Of a stretch of 20,000 nucleotides of DNA, positions 19,343 through 20,000 are shown in pieces; position 1 is the first letter of the stretch, and each line of letters begins with the position of its first letter. Under the pieces are notes generated by a model. It worked only from the letters and a program-made list of their open reading frames with translations. It made no database searches and was not told where the DNA came from. The stretch comes from Asterionella formosa (lineage: Eukaryota). The stretch lies in contig NKIB01012718.1 in NCBI GenBank assembly GCA_002256025.1, positions 52,254 to 72,253 on the forward strand. The letters are read 5' to 3'. The translations under genes were made by a program, and so were the position numbers.

Positions 19343-20000
19343 TATCTAAGCCGCGAAATACGCCACTTTTCGAAATTTCGTCTACGTATGAGTGTTAATT
19401 ATGTGGTACTTCACATGCATTAATGCCACTCTTCACGTAAAAAGGTTACTTTTAACGGTTTCATGTGAAGTTTTCACAATGAATTTTGAACGCGAGACTG
19501 AATTAGTTGATGTTTCAAATAATTCATTTGAAAGTTCAACTAAGATCCTGCTCTTGAGGCTAATACATTCACAACACGCATTTTACTTAATGAAATAGTA
19601 AGGATATTTGTGGTGTCTAATGTCATCCATCTGAGATCAAAGTTTTACGGTTGTACACATCACATGAAGAACTCACACTTACCGGTAAAAAACTCCCTCT
19701 TCCCAGTTTTCATGTTATGTAGGTTATTACCGGTACTAGGTAAATGTACTACTAGCCAGTGGTAGGCAACCCAATTTTTTTACGTGATTATTATTACTCA
19801 AAATCAACACTGGTGGAATTATGTCTACTGATGAGGATGGTACCAGGTAGTATTGTTTGCCAAATATGTGCCAAACAAGGTCCATTATTTTAGCTACCGG
19901 TTATTCTTATTTTTCTCTCGCCAACACAGCACTGCAACGACAGTAAATATCATGGATCTGTGTGACAATAACGACGAGGACAAATGTAAATTCTGTGGTA

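Overview
Eukaryotic nuclear DNA, most likely from a diatom or other stramenopile (short GT-AG introns, bipartite-type plastid presequence on HisRS). It holds four intact protein-coding genes: cytosolic glucose-6-phosphate isomerase (-), a ZnT9/SLC30A9-like CDF metal transporter (+), a triosephosphate isomerase with an unusual N-terminal hydrophobic anchor and a probable 8-nt first exon (-), and an organellar histidyl-tRNA synthetase with one 72-nt intron (-). The intergenic regions are full of decayed repeats: a ~2 kb direct duplication with conserved hairpins, a dispersed ~400 bp family carrying a variable ~20-bp minisatellite, two MITEs with TIRs and TSDs, a hairpin array of CCAATACAAGG motifs, and clusters of TACC(A/T)GGTA and TACCGGTA palindromes. 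Two patterns stand out. The same module (palindrome cluster, then repeat in the same orientation) lies upstream of all three minus-strand genes. The palindromes also match what excision of TA-targeting CC...GG-ended transposons would leave behind. All alignments and counts were done by eye.
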